Made by a program: the position numbers and the translations under genes
Shown: positions 49,372 through 60,896 of the stretch, in pieces
How the letters are laid out: every line of letters starts with the position of its first letter
Numbering within the stretch: the first letter of the stretch is position 1
Assembly: GCA_977020255.1 (NCBI GenBank)
Contig: CDROCS010000122.1
Location: 372,001-436,000 of the forward strand
Direction: 5' to 3'
Origin: Obrimoposthia wandeli
Taxonomy: Eukaryota
DNA: 64,000 nucleotides
The notes under the pieces: generated by a model
The model's input: the letters and a program-made list of their open reading frames with translations, nothing else
Told to the model about the DNA's origin: nothing
Databases searched by the model: none

Positions 49372-50862
49372 TTAACTAATTTCAGGTATTTTTGCGACAA
49401 GACGCAATGAAGTGGTCAGCTCTTCCATTTGTAACCAAGGACGTAACCAAGCAACCGCATGATAAGCACCTGGCTGGCCAGGAATTTCTTGTACTTTTAC
49501 TTTTGCGTCAGCCAGTGGATATTTCGCGCGAATTTCTTGCCCTGCATCTTCAGTTGCATTGACATAAGATAAAATCCAACGGTTTAACCAGCGTTCCACA
49601 TCATCCGCTTCCATGAAACTACCAATTTTGTCACGTGCCATTACTTTCAAATAATGGGCAAAACGTGATGTTGCCATCATATACGGTAAACGCGCCGAAA
49701 TTTCTGCATTTGCCGATGCTTCTGGCGTGTCATATTTAGTTGGCTTTTGACATGTTTGGCCGCCAAAGAACACTGCATAGTTAGTATTTTTATAATGACA
49801 TAACGGTAAAAAACCCAGTCTACCTAGTTCCGACTCACGGCGATCGGTAATGCCAATTTCAGTCGGACATTTCAAATCTGGGTCACCATCGTCACTCATA
49901 AATACATGAGCCGGTAGGTTATCAACTTTGCCTCCTCCTTCAGCCCCGCGAATCGCAGTACAAAAGCCGTATTTAGCGAACGCAGCCGTCATCTTCGCGC
50001 CCATCACATACGAGGCATTCATCCAACAATAATCATCATGCTTGGCGTTAACGGCTAAACCACTTTCATCATCAATCATAAACTCTTCGTAGCGGAATTC
50101 TTCAATTGGCAACGTCGTTTGGCCATAAGGTAAACGCGACAATACTCGTGGCATTGTTAAGGTGACAAAACGTGAGTCAGGGCTTTCACGGAATGAACGC
50201 CATTGTGTATATTCAAGCGACTCAAACACTTTATCTAAATCTCTTGGTTTGCTTAACTCTTCCCACTCATCAAAACCAAATAGTTCAGGTGAAGCCGCAG
50301 ATAAGAAGGGAGAAAAACCAGCCGCTGCAACATTTGACATTAAGCCGAGCATTTCAATATCTTCCGGATGATTAGTAAACTCATAATCACCAATTAATGC
50401 ACCGTATGGTTCTCCACCTGGTGTACCAAATTCAGCCTCATAAACCTTTTTAAAAATCTGGCTTTGATCAAATTCAACGGCCTTACTTAAATCTTTATGT
50501 AGCTCTTTTTTACTCAGACTCAACATCCGAATTTTCAATGTTTGTCCAGTATCCGAGTTCATTGCAAGATAGTGCAGCCCACGCCAACTGCCTTCAAGTT
50601 TCTGAAACTCAGGTTGGTGCATGATCTCGGCAAGTTGTGATGAAATCGCATCATCAATCCCATTAATGGCATCATTAAAGGTCACTGTTAGGTTTTTATT
50701 CCAAGTCACCGTTCCCTTTAGCGCTTCTTCCGTTAACGTACGTAACAATTCTTCAGCACGAGAACTATCTGTTTGCTTAGTGGCAACAATGGCTTGATCA
50801 AGAAAAGATCGACGGGTTTCTGCTGTTGCAGGATCGAGTAATACCTCTGTTTGTGCGTTCAT
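49372..50862 (-). CDS. tssC: T6SS sheath large subunit TssC (VipB)
   Basis: [22 protein letters not shown] and [17 protein letters not shown] motifs. Confidence 0.96.
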   Translation of the reverse strand: MNAQTEVLLDPATAETRRSFLDQAIVATKQTDSSRAEELLRTLTEEALKGTVTWNKNLTVTFNDAINGIDDAISSQLAEIMHQPEFQKLEGSWRGLHYLAMNSDTGQTLKIRMLSLSKKELHKDLSKAVEFDQSQIFKKVYEAEFGTPGGEPYGALIGDYEFTNHPEDIEMLGLMSNVAAAGFSPFLSAASPELFGFDEWEELSKPRDLDKVFESLEYTQWRSFRESPDSRFVTLTMPRVLSRLPYGQTTLPIEEFRYEEFMIDDESGLAVNAKHDDYCWMNASYVMGAKMTAAFAKYGFCTAIRGAEGGGKVDNLPAHVFMSDDGDPDLKCPTEIGITDRRESELGRLGFLPLCHYKNTNYAVFFGGQTCQKPTKYDTPEASANAEISARLPYMMATSRFAHYLKVMARDKIGSFMEADDVERWLNRWILSYVNATEDAGQEIRAKYPLADAKVKVQEIPGQPGAYHAVAWLRPWLQMEELTTSLRLVAKIPEIS

Positions 50863-51395
50863 TAGGCGCCTTCTCCTTCAGGCTGCTTCTCTGGATTGTC
50901 ATTACCTACATTTAATTCGTTAGCGAATTGAGACAAGTTATCCGTATTGTTCAATACTTTTTCCAATACATTTTCAAGATCTTCTGAACGATCAATTTTT
51001 GTCATTAAATCGCGCAGCTTAGTACGCGTTTCAAGCAGCTTTTTCAGCGGCTCAATTTGATTAACTATGGCCGCAGGTTCGAAATCTTGCATTGAATTAA
51101 ATGCCAAAGAAATACCCAATTCAGTGCCATCATTCATTAACTTATTATCAACTTTAAAGTTTAAACGAGGGCTCATACGCTTAAGAACATCGTCGAAATT
51201 ATCACGATCAATTTGTATAAATCGACGATCTTTTAATGGCTTCAATGCTTCGGTATTTTGACCCGCAAAGTCCCCCATTACACCCACGACGAAGGCCAAT
51301 TCTTTTTTGACCGTTAGCCCTTCAGTTTCCACATCATAAGTAATGTGAACACGCGGTTTTCGTACCCGAGACAACTTCTTGTGGATACTTTCCAT
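50862..51395 (-). CDS. tssB: T6SS sheath small subunit TssB (VipA)
   Basis: [23 protein letters not shown] and DFEPAAIV motifs; start ATG 51395 after SD GGGAG. Confidence 0.95.
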   Translation of the reverse strand: MESIHKKLSRVRKPRVHITYDVETEGLTVKKELAFVVGVMGDFAGQNTEALKPLKDRRFIQIDRDNFDDVLKRMSPRLNFKVDNKLMNDGTELGISLAFNSMQDFEPAAIVNQIEPLKKLLETRTKLRDLMTKIDRSEDLENVLEKVLNNTDNLSQFANELNVGNDNPEKQPEGEGA

Positions 51396-51430
51396 ATTAA
51401 TCTCCCTTATCAATAGCTGTTGTCATAGAT

Positions 51431-52564
51431 TTATGATGCGGTGTCATTTTCAGAAGAAATGCCAACCAACCTGAAATAACCTTTTCTCGCTGAGCCATCA
51501 TCAATCAGCTCAGCCAATAAATCGGGTAATGCTAAATCGCTCCATCTCACCACCTGATCAATGGCATACGACATCGGTGAATGAGGCTCTGTTTTGCGAA
51601 AAAAGACTGATATATGTTTCAATTGAACAATCGCTTCTTGCCGTGTTTTAAATTGACGTGCTGCGAATTTTTCACTTTGTGAATCAGTATTTTTGTCATC
51701 AAACTCACCATCATTCGATACATCACCAACCTCTTCAGGTACACCCTGAAGCAACTTATCGGCGGCAATATGCTGTACCGATTCCAGCGCCGATTGCAGT
51801 CGTTTTGAAATATGTGAGGTGGGTAATGACAGCCCTGTCGCTTGATCCATCGACACGACTAAAGCTTCATAAGCAGAAATACTGTTTTCAATATCTTCGA
51901 CTAATCCACGATAAAACGATGGCGAAGAATGCTTAACCGCTTCCACCACACGTTTAATATCAATAGAGCCTTGGTCTATACGATGGCGCTTTTTATTATC
52001 ATCAAAGCGCTCAAGTTCACAGGCTTGCTCGTACTCCCATAAGGCATAGGCTTGATCGCCATCAAACTCGGTAATCGGGATACAAGCAATCGGCATGAGT
52101 AATGTGCCTTCACCTTCAATCCCATTAAGGCCAATTAGCGGAGCAACCCGAGTTTCAACACCGTCTTCATCGGGTAGTGGGTATAAAGAATCCCAGAATT
52201 CATCAATCAATAGCTTTGCCACTGCAAAACCATAACTCAGTCCGGCGTAACCATGATTTCGTACCAGTGCTTCAATGAACCATGCGGTGTATTCAAGATC
52301 TTTCGATTGCGTTGTTAATATTTCAGGTACTTGGTCTAATAAAGGCTGCCATTGACTCGCAAAACTCAATAAAGGATCACCTTCAATTAAGGCATTACGC
52401 TCTTCTGTACGAACGTTATTGCGCACATTTTTTAGCAAATAATATAAAGACGATGGAGACGCATCTCGCCTTGGATCCTCTCCGCTTGGCTTTTCATCAT
52501 TAATCGCCGTCAATAATGCAGAGAAGTCGATCATTTCAGACTGTTCAAGTGGTTGTATTGCCAT
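51431..52564 (-). CDS. tssA: T6SS TssA (short ImpA_N type)
   Basis: ImpA_N motifs SKDLEYTAW and FWDSLYP, plus C-terminal FFRKTEPHSP...W. Confidence 0.9.
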   Translation of the reverse strand: MAIQPLEQSEMIDFSALLTAINDEKPSGEDPRRDASPSSLYYLLKNVRNNVRTEERNALIEGDPLLSFASQWQPLLDQVPEILTTQSKDLEYTAWFIEALVRNHGYAGLSYGFAVAKLLIDEFWDSLYPLPDEDGVETRVAPLIGLNGIEGEGTLLMPIACIPITEFDGDQAYALWEYEQACELERFDDNKKRHRIDQGSIDIKRVVEAVKHSSPSFYRGLVEDIENSISAYEALVVSMDQATGLSLPTSHISKRLQSALESVQHIAADKLLQGVPEEVGDVSNDGEFDDKNTDSQSEKFAARQFKTRQEAIVQLKHISVFFRKTEPHSPMSYAIDQVVRWSDLALPDLLAELIDDGSARKGYFRLVGISSENDTAS

Positions 52565-53388
52565 TATTCACTCCCTCGAATTGCACGCTGATGAGTAAAA
52601 ACAGGAACCGTCGCATCCAAATATTGATGGCTAGTCTGCGCCGCAATTAATTGCTGTTGCGATGCCTTCACCACCACGCACGTTACATTGTCTGACGCAC
52701 CACGCACTAAGGCTGAATGCATTAAAGCCAAACCCACATCATTAACACTTTGTGCTTGAAAACAAGCATTCATATCTTGAAGCGTCAACTCTTTTGATAA
52801 GCCATCTGAACACAGTAAAAACTGATCATTCGGTAGAATGGAACCAGATAGCTGATCGATCATCAAATGGCGATCGACCCCTACAGCACGGGTGATAACA
52901 TTGGCCATTGGATGATCTTCCGCATCTTTTGCTCCAATTAACCCTTGTTCAACCATCTCCATCACTTGGCTATGATCTTTTGATTTTTGTATCAACACCT
53001 GATCGCGGTATAGGTAAAAGCGACTATCGCCTACCCATAAACAATGGAAATTGCCATTTTCAATCAGCAACACAATGGCTGTCGTACCTATTGTCGATTC
53101 TGATAAGTCATGCTGCCCGTATTGAAAGATACGCTCATTCGCGTCTAATAACGCTTCACGAATACGGTCAGGATTAATGTACTCTTTACCGAGACGGGCG
53201 ACTGTTTGCTCAACAGTATCAACCAAAATACGACTGGCAATATCACCACCTTCATGGCCTCCCATCCCATCGGCAACAACCCACACGCCTTCTTTTTGCA
53301 ATGCTAAATACGCATCTTCGTTATACGTTCGCACTTTGCCTGGGTGTGTTTGAGAGAAGGAAAAGAAGCTCCAATTAGTATGTTTCAT
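52564..53388 (-). CDS. pppA: PP2C-type Ser/Thr phosphatase PppA (TagG)
   Basis: THPGKVRTYNED, VADGMGGH, VGDSR, LCSDGL and DNVT motifs; start placed at the TAATG overlap with tagF. Confidence 0.92.
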   Translation of the reverse strand: MKHTNWSFFSFSQTHPGKVRTYNEDAYLALQKEGVWVVADGMGGHEGGDIASRILVDTVEQTVARLGKEYINPDRIREALLDANERIFQYGQHDLSESTIGTTAIVLLIENGNFHCLWVGDSRFYLYRDQVLIQKSKDHSQVMEMVEQGLIGAKDAEDHPMANVITRAVGVDRHLMIDQLSGSILPNDQFLLCSDGLSKELTLQDMNACFQAQSVNDVGLALMHSALVRGASDNVTCVVVKASQQQLIAAQTSHQYLDATVPVFTHQRAIRGSE

Positions 53389-54074
53389 TACCATCCCCAT
53401 TTATTCCAACGACCGTCTAATAACGCTGAAAATTGACTGACTAAAGGTAACCCGCGTGTAACGAGACTGCATTCCGGCACATGTTCTGAGCCGTTCGTCC
53501 ACCACAAACAGTAACGACCATAACGTTGCTGATAGGCATGATGAAGTAACTGATTAACGTCAACAGGATTGACAATAATACTGTGTTCATTACTTTCATT
53601 GATCACCTGCAACGGTGAAGAATCATGACCAATTGACTGATACCAACTCGCTTGTTGGGATTCAATCACCCATTCAGCTAAATCAATTTCATCATCCAGC
53701 ACATTTAAAATATGACTTTCAGCTTGTTCGCTCCAAGACCGGTTTTCCCAATACAAAATCGGAGGATGTTGAACAGCCACCGCGATGGAAAAATAAAACT
53801 TCCGTCCAACACTATCGATACTTGGCATGAGGCTACCGATTATCGCTCGCTCTCCACAAACATGCGGTGATAAAGCAAAGTGCCAAATAGGGCTTGTCAT
53901 GTAATAATCAGACCACGACTCTTCTAGCTGTTCACGGCTTACTGCTAACCCAGCTTGCAGCCATTCACTCCAGTTCGTAACAAAATCAGTCGGCAGTTGA
54001 TCTTGTATAAAGTCACCCCGTTGAGGCACTTTACCAAAGTAGCCAACCCCGGTTGCTATAGTGTCACTGGACAT
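53388..54074 (-). CDS. tagF: T6SS post-translational repressor TagF (ImpM)
   Basis: GYFGKVPQRGDF, PSIDSVGRKFYF and LWWT motifs. Confidence 0.9.
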   Translation of the reverse strand: MSSDTIATGVGYFGKVPQRGDFIQDQLPTDFVTNWSEWLQAGLAVSREQLEESWSDYYMTSPIWHFALSPHVCGERAIIGSLMPSIDSVGRKFYFSIAVAVQHPPILYWENRSWSEQAESHILNVLDDEIDLAEWVIESQQASWYQSIGHDSSPLQVINESNEHSIIVNPVDVNQLLHHAYQQRYGRYCLWWTNGSEHVPECSLVTRGLPLVSQFSALLDGRWNKWGW

Positions 54075-57000
54075 GAAAATCGCTCCATTTCTCGAGACCA
54101 AAATGGATTAATTGCACTGTTAGGAATCAACTCCAACTGCGCTTTATTCCCTTTTAAATCAACCATCAAAACATTGTCTTTACGAGATTTTGGTCTCGCT
54201 TTTAATGACTTATCTAATAGCCTAAATAAACCCCAACTACCACCATACGTTTCTGTTATCACATGGCCTGTTTGCGGAGGAGTAAATACAACTCGAGTTT
54301 GCCCTGCATTTGGCCAGTGCAATGTTTTTGCACGCGTTGGGCCGTGTTGATAAGTCACGGCCTGTTTACCCACTTCGAGCTTGAAATGGCTGATATGTTG
54401 ATCAAGATAGATAGGCTTAATCCCAAAACTCACACTCGCTTTTTTGCTGCCCGCATCAAAGAAGGCTTTACGGATCTTTTCAGCACGCGCAAACACTCGA
54501 AGACTTTCGTCATTGAGTCCAATCGATTTATCAAAACGCCATCGACGCTTAGACTTATCAACAAACGGGGCTAAATACTGATTAAAAAAGGCATCTAACG
54601 TTCCGTCATAACCAAAGAAACGTTCAAAGTCTTTCAACGGTAAGTCTTTAGTCGATTTAGGATCGAATGGGTATTTTCCAGCAATTAGCGATTGATACTC
54701 TTTAAGTACCGTTGATTGCCAAATATCATTGACATGAACCTGGGAGCCTTTCTTAGCAAGCTTGGTGGTTTGTGACGAAATATTACTAAGCCAATTAGAG
54801 AATGGATAAGGCAAATTAGCGCGTGCCGATTTCATCGCTGAGCCGATAGTCTGCTTTGAGTTTTCACCCAATAAACTGTTATAAGCAATTCGCTCATTAT
54901 TACCAGAGCTGGTTAAGTCAGCTAAATAATTATTCAGTTTGACGAACGATGTATGTATATCTTCTAACTGCCCTTCTGAAACAGTAAGTAGCTCATCAAA
55001 AGCTGATTCAACTTCTTTGCCGGGCAAGGTAATTTTAGTGTCACCAATATCCGATGGCAGGTATCGACTAATACGATGTTTTTGATTATTTAAAGCGACG
55101 TTAGCAACACTCGCTGTAACCTTACTGGCAACTTTAACTTTTTCACTAATTTGCACCTCACTTAATTTTAACTGCTTTTGAGCGGCTATAATTAAGCTTT
55201 CGACAGGGCGTTCAGGCCCCGCTAGAATTTTGGCTTGTGCCAACCCTTGTTCAGCAGATTGATAAGGTTTCAACTGCAAATCATTAAGTAGTTGCGTCCA
55301 TTCATAAATGTAATCACGGTAATACTTAAACCTTACATCACGCACAACCTGATCAGACATATTATCTTGCAAGACTAAATTATCACCGTAGACCCAACGA
55401 TCTTCCATTAAGCGTTTAACCATTCGGTTAATTTCGAGCTGAAAAACACCATGAAAGCCGTTATAGGTATATAAGCCTGGAATACCCATACTCAGTGGCT
55501 TACCACTCTTACGCTCAAAGATACTCACACTCTGAGATCCAAGCACATCGGTTAGTCTAAATGATGGTATGTGGCTATCTATAAACTCGAGCTTCAAACG
55601 CTGGTATGCACGTTCAGATAAGGGCATTGCCGTTAACACTGTACGAGCACTTTCAACTACCGTATCGCTTTGAGAAACGCTCAATACTCCATCATGCTGT
55701 AAATTTGTACTGTGTTCTAATAATGCAGTACGTAACTCCAGATTAATTTCACCAGGGTATTCGCGTTCAAAATAAGCGGCAAACCAACTATTCACTTGCG
55801 TAGCATCATAATGCTGAGGATTAAATAGCATCAGATATGTTTTAAGCGTTTCGTACAAATACTCACGATGCTGCTTATTCTCTTTCATCTCTTCTTCAAG
55901 ACCTGAAACGAGGAACTGAGCAAAAACACTTTGTAATGCTTGATGATAAGCAGACACTGCGGGCTGGCCGAGTTTCTCTCCTTGGTATAAACCAAAATGC
56001 TTTATCCCAGCTTCATTTAACATGTGCTGATTAAACCCAGCAGGTAAGTTCTGTAAAACATTCAAGGCATCGACAAGGCTTACAACATCATGCTCTGGCG
56101 TTAAATATTCACCCACTACCGCATGATATTTGTCGATAAATATTCCGGCTTCATCGACCAATGATTTATTCCATTGATAGCTTCGACTCCAGATAAAAAC
56201 CATCACCAAAATAACAGCGCAACTTGCCACTATCACTGAACGATTAAACCAACGATTTTGCTTTTGGTGCACACGATTAACTGTACCCAACAACTGTTCT
56301 TTGATGATGACATCTTCAAAGAGATTTTTAATGAAAAAGCCTTTCGCTTCTCCGCCAGCTTGCCGAAGTGGTACTTGGCTTAACCCTAAGCCTCCTGCTG
56401 TTTCCTTCATTACCCGATCAATTGGCACACCTTCTTGAGTCGCACTGGCAATAAATACACCGCGTAACATAGGAGGCTCTTCAAACGCATTTGCCGAAAA
56501 AATCTCTTTCAGAAAATCATCAGCAGCAGCTTGAAGTAGACGTAACTGCTTTGGAAATTCATAGATCAACGTTCTTTTATCAATATCACGTTCATTGCTC
56601 AGTCTATGATTCATTTTCTCAAGCAACCCCGTCAATAAATGATGGAACTCCTTATTGAACAAGCTCACGACGCCTTGCTCGGAATCTAATGTGCCTTCTG
56701 GAAAAGTAATACCCCAAATTTGCTCACGGGCTGGGCGATCTAAATCCGCAAAAAACTCATTAAAGCCCGCGACTAAATCTGCTTTAGTCAAAATCACATA
56801 AACAGGAAATTGCATTCCAAGCTGATTTTTTAATTCAAGAATTCTTTGCTTAATAGCCCTGGCATGAAGATTTCTTTCAGTACGTGTTTGCGTAAGTAAA
56901 TTAGTTAAACTCACCGTGATAACCGCACCATTAATCGGGCGACGGGTACGGTGCTTTTTTAATAAGCCAAGAAAACCTAACCACGCACGGGAATCTTGTT

Positions 57001-57601
57001 CGTTATTACTATCTTGCGTGGTATAACGACCTGCGGTATCTATCAGCACAGCTTTATTCGTGAACCACCAATCACAATACCGAGTTCCACCAATCCCCGC
57101 TAAAGGGTCGTTCCCTAAACTCTCTTGCAATGGAAACTCTAGCCCCGAATTTTGTAAAGCGGTCGTTTTACCTGTGCCCGGAGGTCCAATTAAAATATAC
57201 CAAGGTAAATGGTAAATATTACGCCCACGTTTACCTGACGTTTTATGTAATACATCCAACGCCTGCACTATACGATCACGTAGGGTTTCTATTTCTTTTT
57301 GAGAGGCTTCATCTACTGGTTTAGCCTCATCACCATTAAGCAACGTTTTGACTGTTTGTTCATTTTGCTTTTTATTTTTTGCTTGATGGAATACATTATA
57401 AAGCCCCCAAAGTACCGCCAATATAAGCAACACCGTCAGGCGAGAAACTTGGCTATTTAAAGGTTCGACCCCCGCAATTGCGACCAATGGGCCACCAAAC
57501 CAAATTAACAGTGATAGGGCGATGAGTCCCAACAGTGTAATAACCCACTTTTGCCTAAACATATCAACTAAACCACCGACTAAACGCTTAATAAATTGCA
57601 T
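54056..57601 (-). CDS. tssM: T6SS membrane complex TssM (IcmF)
   Basis: Three N-terminal TMs, LPWYILIGPPGTGKT, DTAGRY and PINGAV motifs. Confidence 0.96.
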   Translation of the reverse strand: MQFIKRLVGGLVDMFRQKWVITLLGLIALSLLIWFGGPLVAIAGVEPLNSQVSRLTVLLILAVLWGLYNVFHQAKNKKQNEQTVKTLLNGDEAKPVDEASQKEIETLRDRIVQALDVLHKTSGKRGRNIYHLPWYILIGPPGTGKTTALQNSGLEFPLQESLGNDPLAGIGGTRYCDWWFTNKAVLIDTAGRYTTQDSNNEQDSRAWLGFLGLLKKHRTRRPINGAVITVSLTNLLTQTRTERNLHARAIKQRILELKNQLGMQFPVYVILTKADLVAGFNEFFADLDRPAREQIWGITFPEGTLDSEQGVVSLFNKEFHHLLTGLLEKMNHRLSNERDIDKRTLIYEFPKQLRLLQAAADDFLKEIFSANAFEEPPMLRGVFIASATQEGVPIDRVMKETAGGLGLSQVPLRQAGGEAKGFFIKNLFEDVIIKEQLLGTVNRVHQKQNRWFNRSVIVASCAVILVMVFIWSRSYQWNKSLVDEAGIFIDKYHAVVGEYLTPEHDVVSLVDALNVLQNLPAGFNQHMLNEAGIKHFGLYQGEKLGQPAVSAYHQALQSVFAQFLVSGLEEEMKENKQHREYLYETLKTYLMLFNPQHYDATQVNSWFAAYFEREYPGEINLELRTALLEHSTNLQHDGVLSVSQSDTVVESARTVLTAMPLSERAYQRLKLEFIDSHIPSFRLTDVLGSQSVSIFERKSGKPLSMGIPGLYTYNGFHGVFQLEINRMVKRLMEDRWVYGDNLVLQDNMSDQVVRDVRFKYYRDYIYEWTQLLNDLQLKPYQSAEQGLAQAKILAGPERPVESLIIAAQKQLKLSEVQISEKVKVASKVTASVANVALNNQKHRISRYLPSDIGDTKITLPGKEVESAFDELLTVSEGQLEDIHTSFVKLNNYLADLTSSGNNERIAYNSLLGENSKQTIGSAMKSARANLPYPFSNWLSNISSQTTKLAKKGSQVHVNDIWQSTVLKEYQSLIAGKYPFDPKSTKDLPLKDFERFFGYDGTLDAFFNQYLAPFVDKSKRRWRFDKSIGLNDESLRVFARAEKIRKAFFDAGSKKASVSFGIKPIYLDQHISHFKLEVGKQAVTYQHGPTRAKTLHWPNAGQTRVVFTPPQTGHVITETYGGSWGLFRLLDKSLKARPKSRKDNVLMVDLKGNKAQLELIPNSAINPFWSREMERFSCPVTL

Positions 57602-58920
57602 TACTTTTCAGCCCTTCGTTGTTGATATAAAAGATCAATTTCAACGCGTCGATTACTTGCTCGATTCGCTTTGCTCGTATTTGGATTACGTGGATTCGCA
57701 TCACCCTGACCTTCAGGCCATAAACGGCCTCGAAGCTCAGTACCCATCGCGAGTACGTTAGCAACAGCCGTCGCTCTAGCTAACGACAGATGCCAATTAG
57801 AGGGGTATTTACTGGTAAATATTGGCTTATCATCAGTGTGACCCACGATCATTATTCGACCATTTGTCGATTCAAGCGTATGGGCAATTTTAGACAATAT
57901 AGGAGCTATAGAAGCTTTAATTTCATTGCTACCAGAGGAAAACAACTCATTGGAATTCAAAACAATACGAACCCGATCCGCGAGTTCTTCAAATTCAAGT
58001 AAACCTCGTTCAACCTCAGTCTGTAATAACTGCTGTAGTTTTAAGGCCGCTGGATCTCTGTGATATTCCAAATTTGAAGATTCAACAACCATGGGTACAA
58101 GTGTGCTCAGAGACTGAAAAGCTTCATTGGAGTAAAGATTAATACGGTAGTTAAAGCCCATATAAACGGCTAATAATAACAAACCAAAAAGTGATGATGT
58201 TACCCATAAAGGGATGCCAGCATGGGTTTCACTACCCGCTAATACGTTGTCTTGCCACCTCGGGGATAACGCTTCATCATGTGATCCCTTCACAAGGGTT
58301 AAGGCTTCAAAAATTTGGCAGTGATAATTTTGCAGTTTTTCTTCACCACGCTCAGCAATACGTAGTTTTCCTGTAAAACCCAATGCTAAGCATAGGTATT
58401 GTAATTCAAGCAGTTGATAGGATTGGTGGGGACTAGAAAGAGCCTCATCTAACAATGTATAGAAATATTCTCCACCCCATGTTTCTTTATGAAATACCGA
58501 AAGTAAACTCTCTGAACGCCAGACTGAATGCTCCCCCCAAGGGGTGTTCAAAATCGTTTCATCAAGTAATGTACACAGACAATATCTCGCGGCTTCTATA
58601 TCACTAACCGATACAGCTAATCCACGAAGGTTATTTTCATAATCACGTATCTTTTCTATACATGCTTGACGAAGAAAGCCCACATCACTGTGATCAGCCG
58701 TACATCGAATTTGCCCAACCAACGATAGTAAACTACTGGCGAGATCAACCAATGGATTTTCACCTAACGAAGGTAGACGTTTCGAATAAAGGTTTTTATT
58801 GACCTGCATAACCAATACAGTCTGATTTAAATCAGGCTGCACCCTGGAATGACTTTCTGGTGAAGCAACCTTCGCTTTTCGCTTTCCTGGTTGCGGCTTC
58901 AGAACGGTTTCGTCTGACAT
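57601..58920 (-). CDS. tssL: T6SS TssL (DotU) fused to an OmpA peptidoglycan-binding domain
   Basis: ARYCLCTLLDE, WGGEYFY and TM segment, then GHTD...NWHLSLARA...NRRVEI. Confidence 0.95.
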   Translation of the reverse strand: MSDETVLKPQPGKRKAKVASPESHSRVQPDLNQTVLVMQVNKNLYSKRLPSLGENPLVDLASSLLSLVGQIRCTADHSDVGFLRQACIEKIRDYENNLRGLAVSVSDIEAARYCLCTLLDETILNTPWGEHSVWRSESLLSVFHKETWGGEYFYTLLDEALSSPHQSYQLLELQYLCLALGFTGKLRIAERGEEKLQNYHCQIFEALTLVKGSHDEALSPRWQDNVLAGSETHAGIPLWVTSSLFGLLLLAVYMGFNYRINLYSNEAFQSLSTLVPMVVESSNLEYHRDPAALKLQQLLQTEVERGLLEFEELADRVRIVLNSNELFSSGSNEIKASIAPILSKIAHTLESTNGRIMIVGHTDDKPIFTSKYPSNWHLSLARATAVANVLAMGTELRGRLWPEGQGDANPRNPNTSKANRASNRRVEIDLLYQQRRAEK

Positions 58921-58946
58921 GTAACAGATACCTATCTAAGTGGAAT

Positions 58947-60272
58947 TTATTGGTTAACACACCAACATTGCATGCTAAGCGATGGATAATTACCCGAGAG
59001 GTGGATAGCAATCCCACCACTTGCACTCAAACGCCCCCAATAATCATTACTTTTATCTAATTGGAAATAGTGGAAACCGGCATGATAAGGAACCTGCCTT
59101 GGCGCTACTGGTAATGCGTCAACGGCGATGCCTTGGAGTTGGTTGTTCACCAAATCACGGATATGCTCAACAGGGCCTATTTTCACCTGAGTAGGAAAAC
59201 GACGACGAAGCTCTTCAGGTTCAATATCTGCTTTAATCGCCAAAACAAACTGACTACGCGTAAGTAACGCCTTGTCTGATACTGACGCAACTCGAATACC
59301 GAACTTAGTCGTTTCAATTGGGATTTGAACGGCGGTTTGCTCAAGTACCGTACTTAAGCACTGATTAAGTACGACAGATAAACGTCCAAATACCTCTGTT
59401 AAGCCCAGATGAGAATACACAGGAAGTTCGGAAGGGCGCTTACGGCTATTAGAATACGTGGACAATTCACCAGCCATGCCATAAAGCACCCGACATATTG
59501 ATTCCGGGTGCGTACCTTCAATCGACACTAAATGTTTTAGGATCGGCTCATAACGATTCAGCATTTGCAGCATAAGAAAATCTGCGATTGACGTTGCATT
59601 CCCTTGGGACTGATTCAACCTGCTTGCCAGTGTATCCGCACGAAGTTTCACCTTACCGATCATATCTGACAGTAATTGTTTTATATTGGGATTATTCTGT
59701 GCATTTAATGTTGGCGGTATAAAAGAAGTATCAAGGATTACCTTACCTTCTTCTGTTACCTCAATAATACGGGCAATTGGAACCGTGTAATAACCATTCA
59801 ATTGCTCACTATCTAGTTTTAACTCAATAGACAATGCAGCCAGTTGAAGAATTTCCTCATCCATACCTCCACTATTATCTATTACATTAAAGTCTTGAAA
59901 AAAATATCGAGTAACTTGGCTATCTTCTTGTATTGAGATATTAGTCGCATAAGGTTTATCTATTGGCACAGCAATAACGACAATTTTATTTCTGACAGAT
60001 TTACCAATAGCAAGGGGGACCGGTAGCCTATCTCTTTTAGGAGAAAAAACTAATTGACAGTCTGGCATCACGGCTTTTATATCACTTACAGATATTAAGC
60101 TTTGAGATAACAATGCATTGTCAATTGATAAATGAGAAATACCCCAAGGGTAAGGAGTGACATTATTTATAACCTCTGAATATTCATTTAATAAATATCG
60201 CTCTTGTTGTTGGAAATGCTGAGGGCGTAAGAACATCCCTTCAGACCAAGCAACGCGTCCCCAGTTACTCAT
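58947..60272 (-). CDS. tssK: T6SS baseplate TssK
   Basis: RVAWSEGMFLRPQHFQQQER and LPVAPRQVPYH motifs. Confidence 0.95.
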   Translation of the reverse strand: MSNWGRVAWSEGMFLRPQHFQQQERYLLNEYSEVINNVTPYPWGISHLSIDNALLSQSLISVSDIKAVMPDCQLVFSPKRDRLPVPLAIGKSVRNKIVVIAVPIDKPYATNISIQEDSQVTRYFFQDFNVIDNSGGMDEEILQLAALSIELKLDSEQLNGYYTVPIARIIEVTEEGKVILDTSFIPPTLNAQNNPNIKQLLSDMIGKVKLRADTLASRLNQSQGNATSIADFLMLQMLNRYEPILKHLVSIEGTHPESICRVLYGMAGELSTYSNSRKRPSELPVYSHLGLTEVFGRLSVVLNQCLSTVLEQTAVQIPIETTKFGIRVASVSDKALLTRSQFVLAIKADIEPEELRRRFPTQVKIGPVEHIRDLVNNQLQGIAVDALPVAPRQVPYHAGFHYFQLDKSNDYWGRLSASGGIAIHLSGNYPSLSMQCWCVNQ

Positions 60273-60426
60273 GATTAACCTTATAAAAAAACCAAACTAC
60301 AACTAACAAAGTACATTGCTAGTATAAAACAAGACAAAAAAAACAGATTCAATCAATATTAATGATATGAGTAAAAGAAGTGAAGCCGATATCAATACTA
60401 ATACGGTTCACGTCTCATAATTTAAA

Positions 60427-60894
60427 TTACGGTTCCTTCACATGTACCGATAATTCATCAACCATCAGATTATGTGTATTATATCCTTTATGGTCTAACT
60501 CTATTATTTCTCGCCATTTTGAATTTTCAAGATCTCGATAAGCAACAACTACCCCTACATATTTACTTCCTGATGACATTTTTAAATCATATTTAAAATC
60601 CTCACCAGGAGATAACGACAATTCATCTTTAGAAAGTAAGTCTGGGCCGAATATTTTATCGGACTCATCATAAATCATAAAAAAATCTTGGCTTTCAAAG
60701 ATCGTTTTAGATTGCAATTCATAAACTTTAACAACAACTGGCGATGCTCGACCATTCAAGTCAGGGTTAACTTTATTACTCACCTCAAATTCTAACGTTG
60801 TATAAGGGTCAACAACAAGATTTGCAACACTGCAGCCGAATAGCAATACAGACATAAAAGAAAAAACGATTACCATTTTAATAAATTGAAGCAT
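60427..60894 (-). CDS. tssJ: T6SS lipoprotein TssJ
   Basis: Lipobox LFGC, NPDLNGRASPVVVKVYEL and GVVVAYRD motifs. Confidence 0.93.
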   Translation of the reverse strand: MLQFIKMVIVFSFMSVLLFGCSVANLVVDPYTTLEFEVSNKVNPDLNGRASPVVVKVYELQSKTIFESQDFFMIYDESDKIFGPDLLSKDELSLSPGEDFKYDLKMSSGSKYVGVVVAYRDLENSKWREIIELDHKGYNTHNLMVDELSVHVKEP

Positions 60895-60896
60895 TT

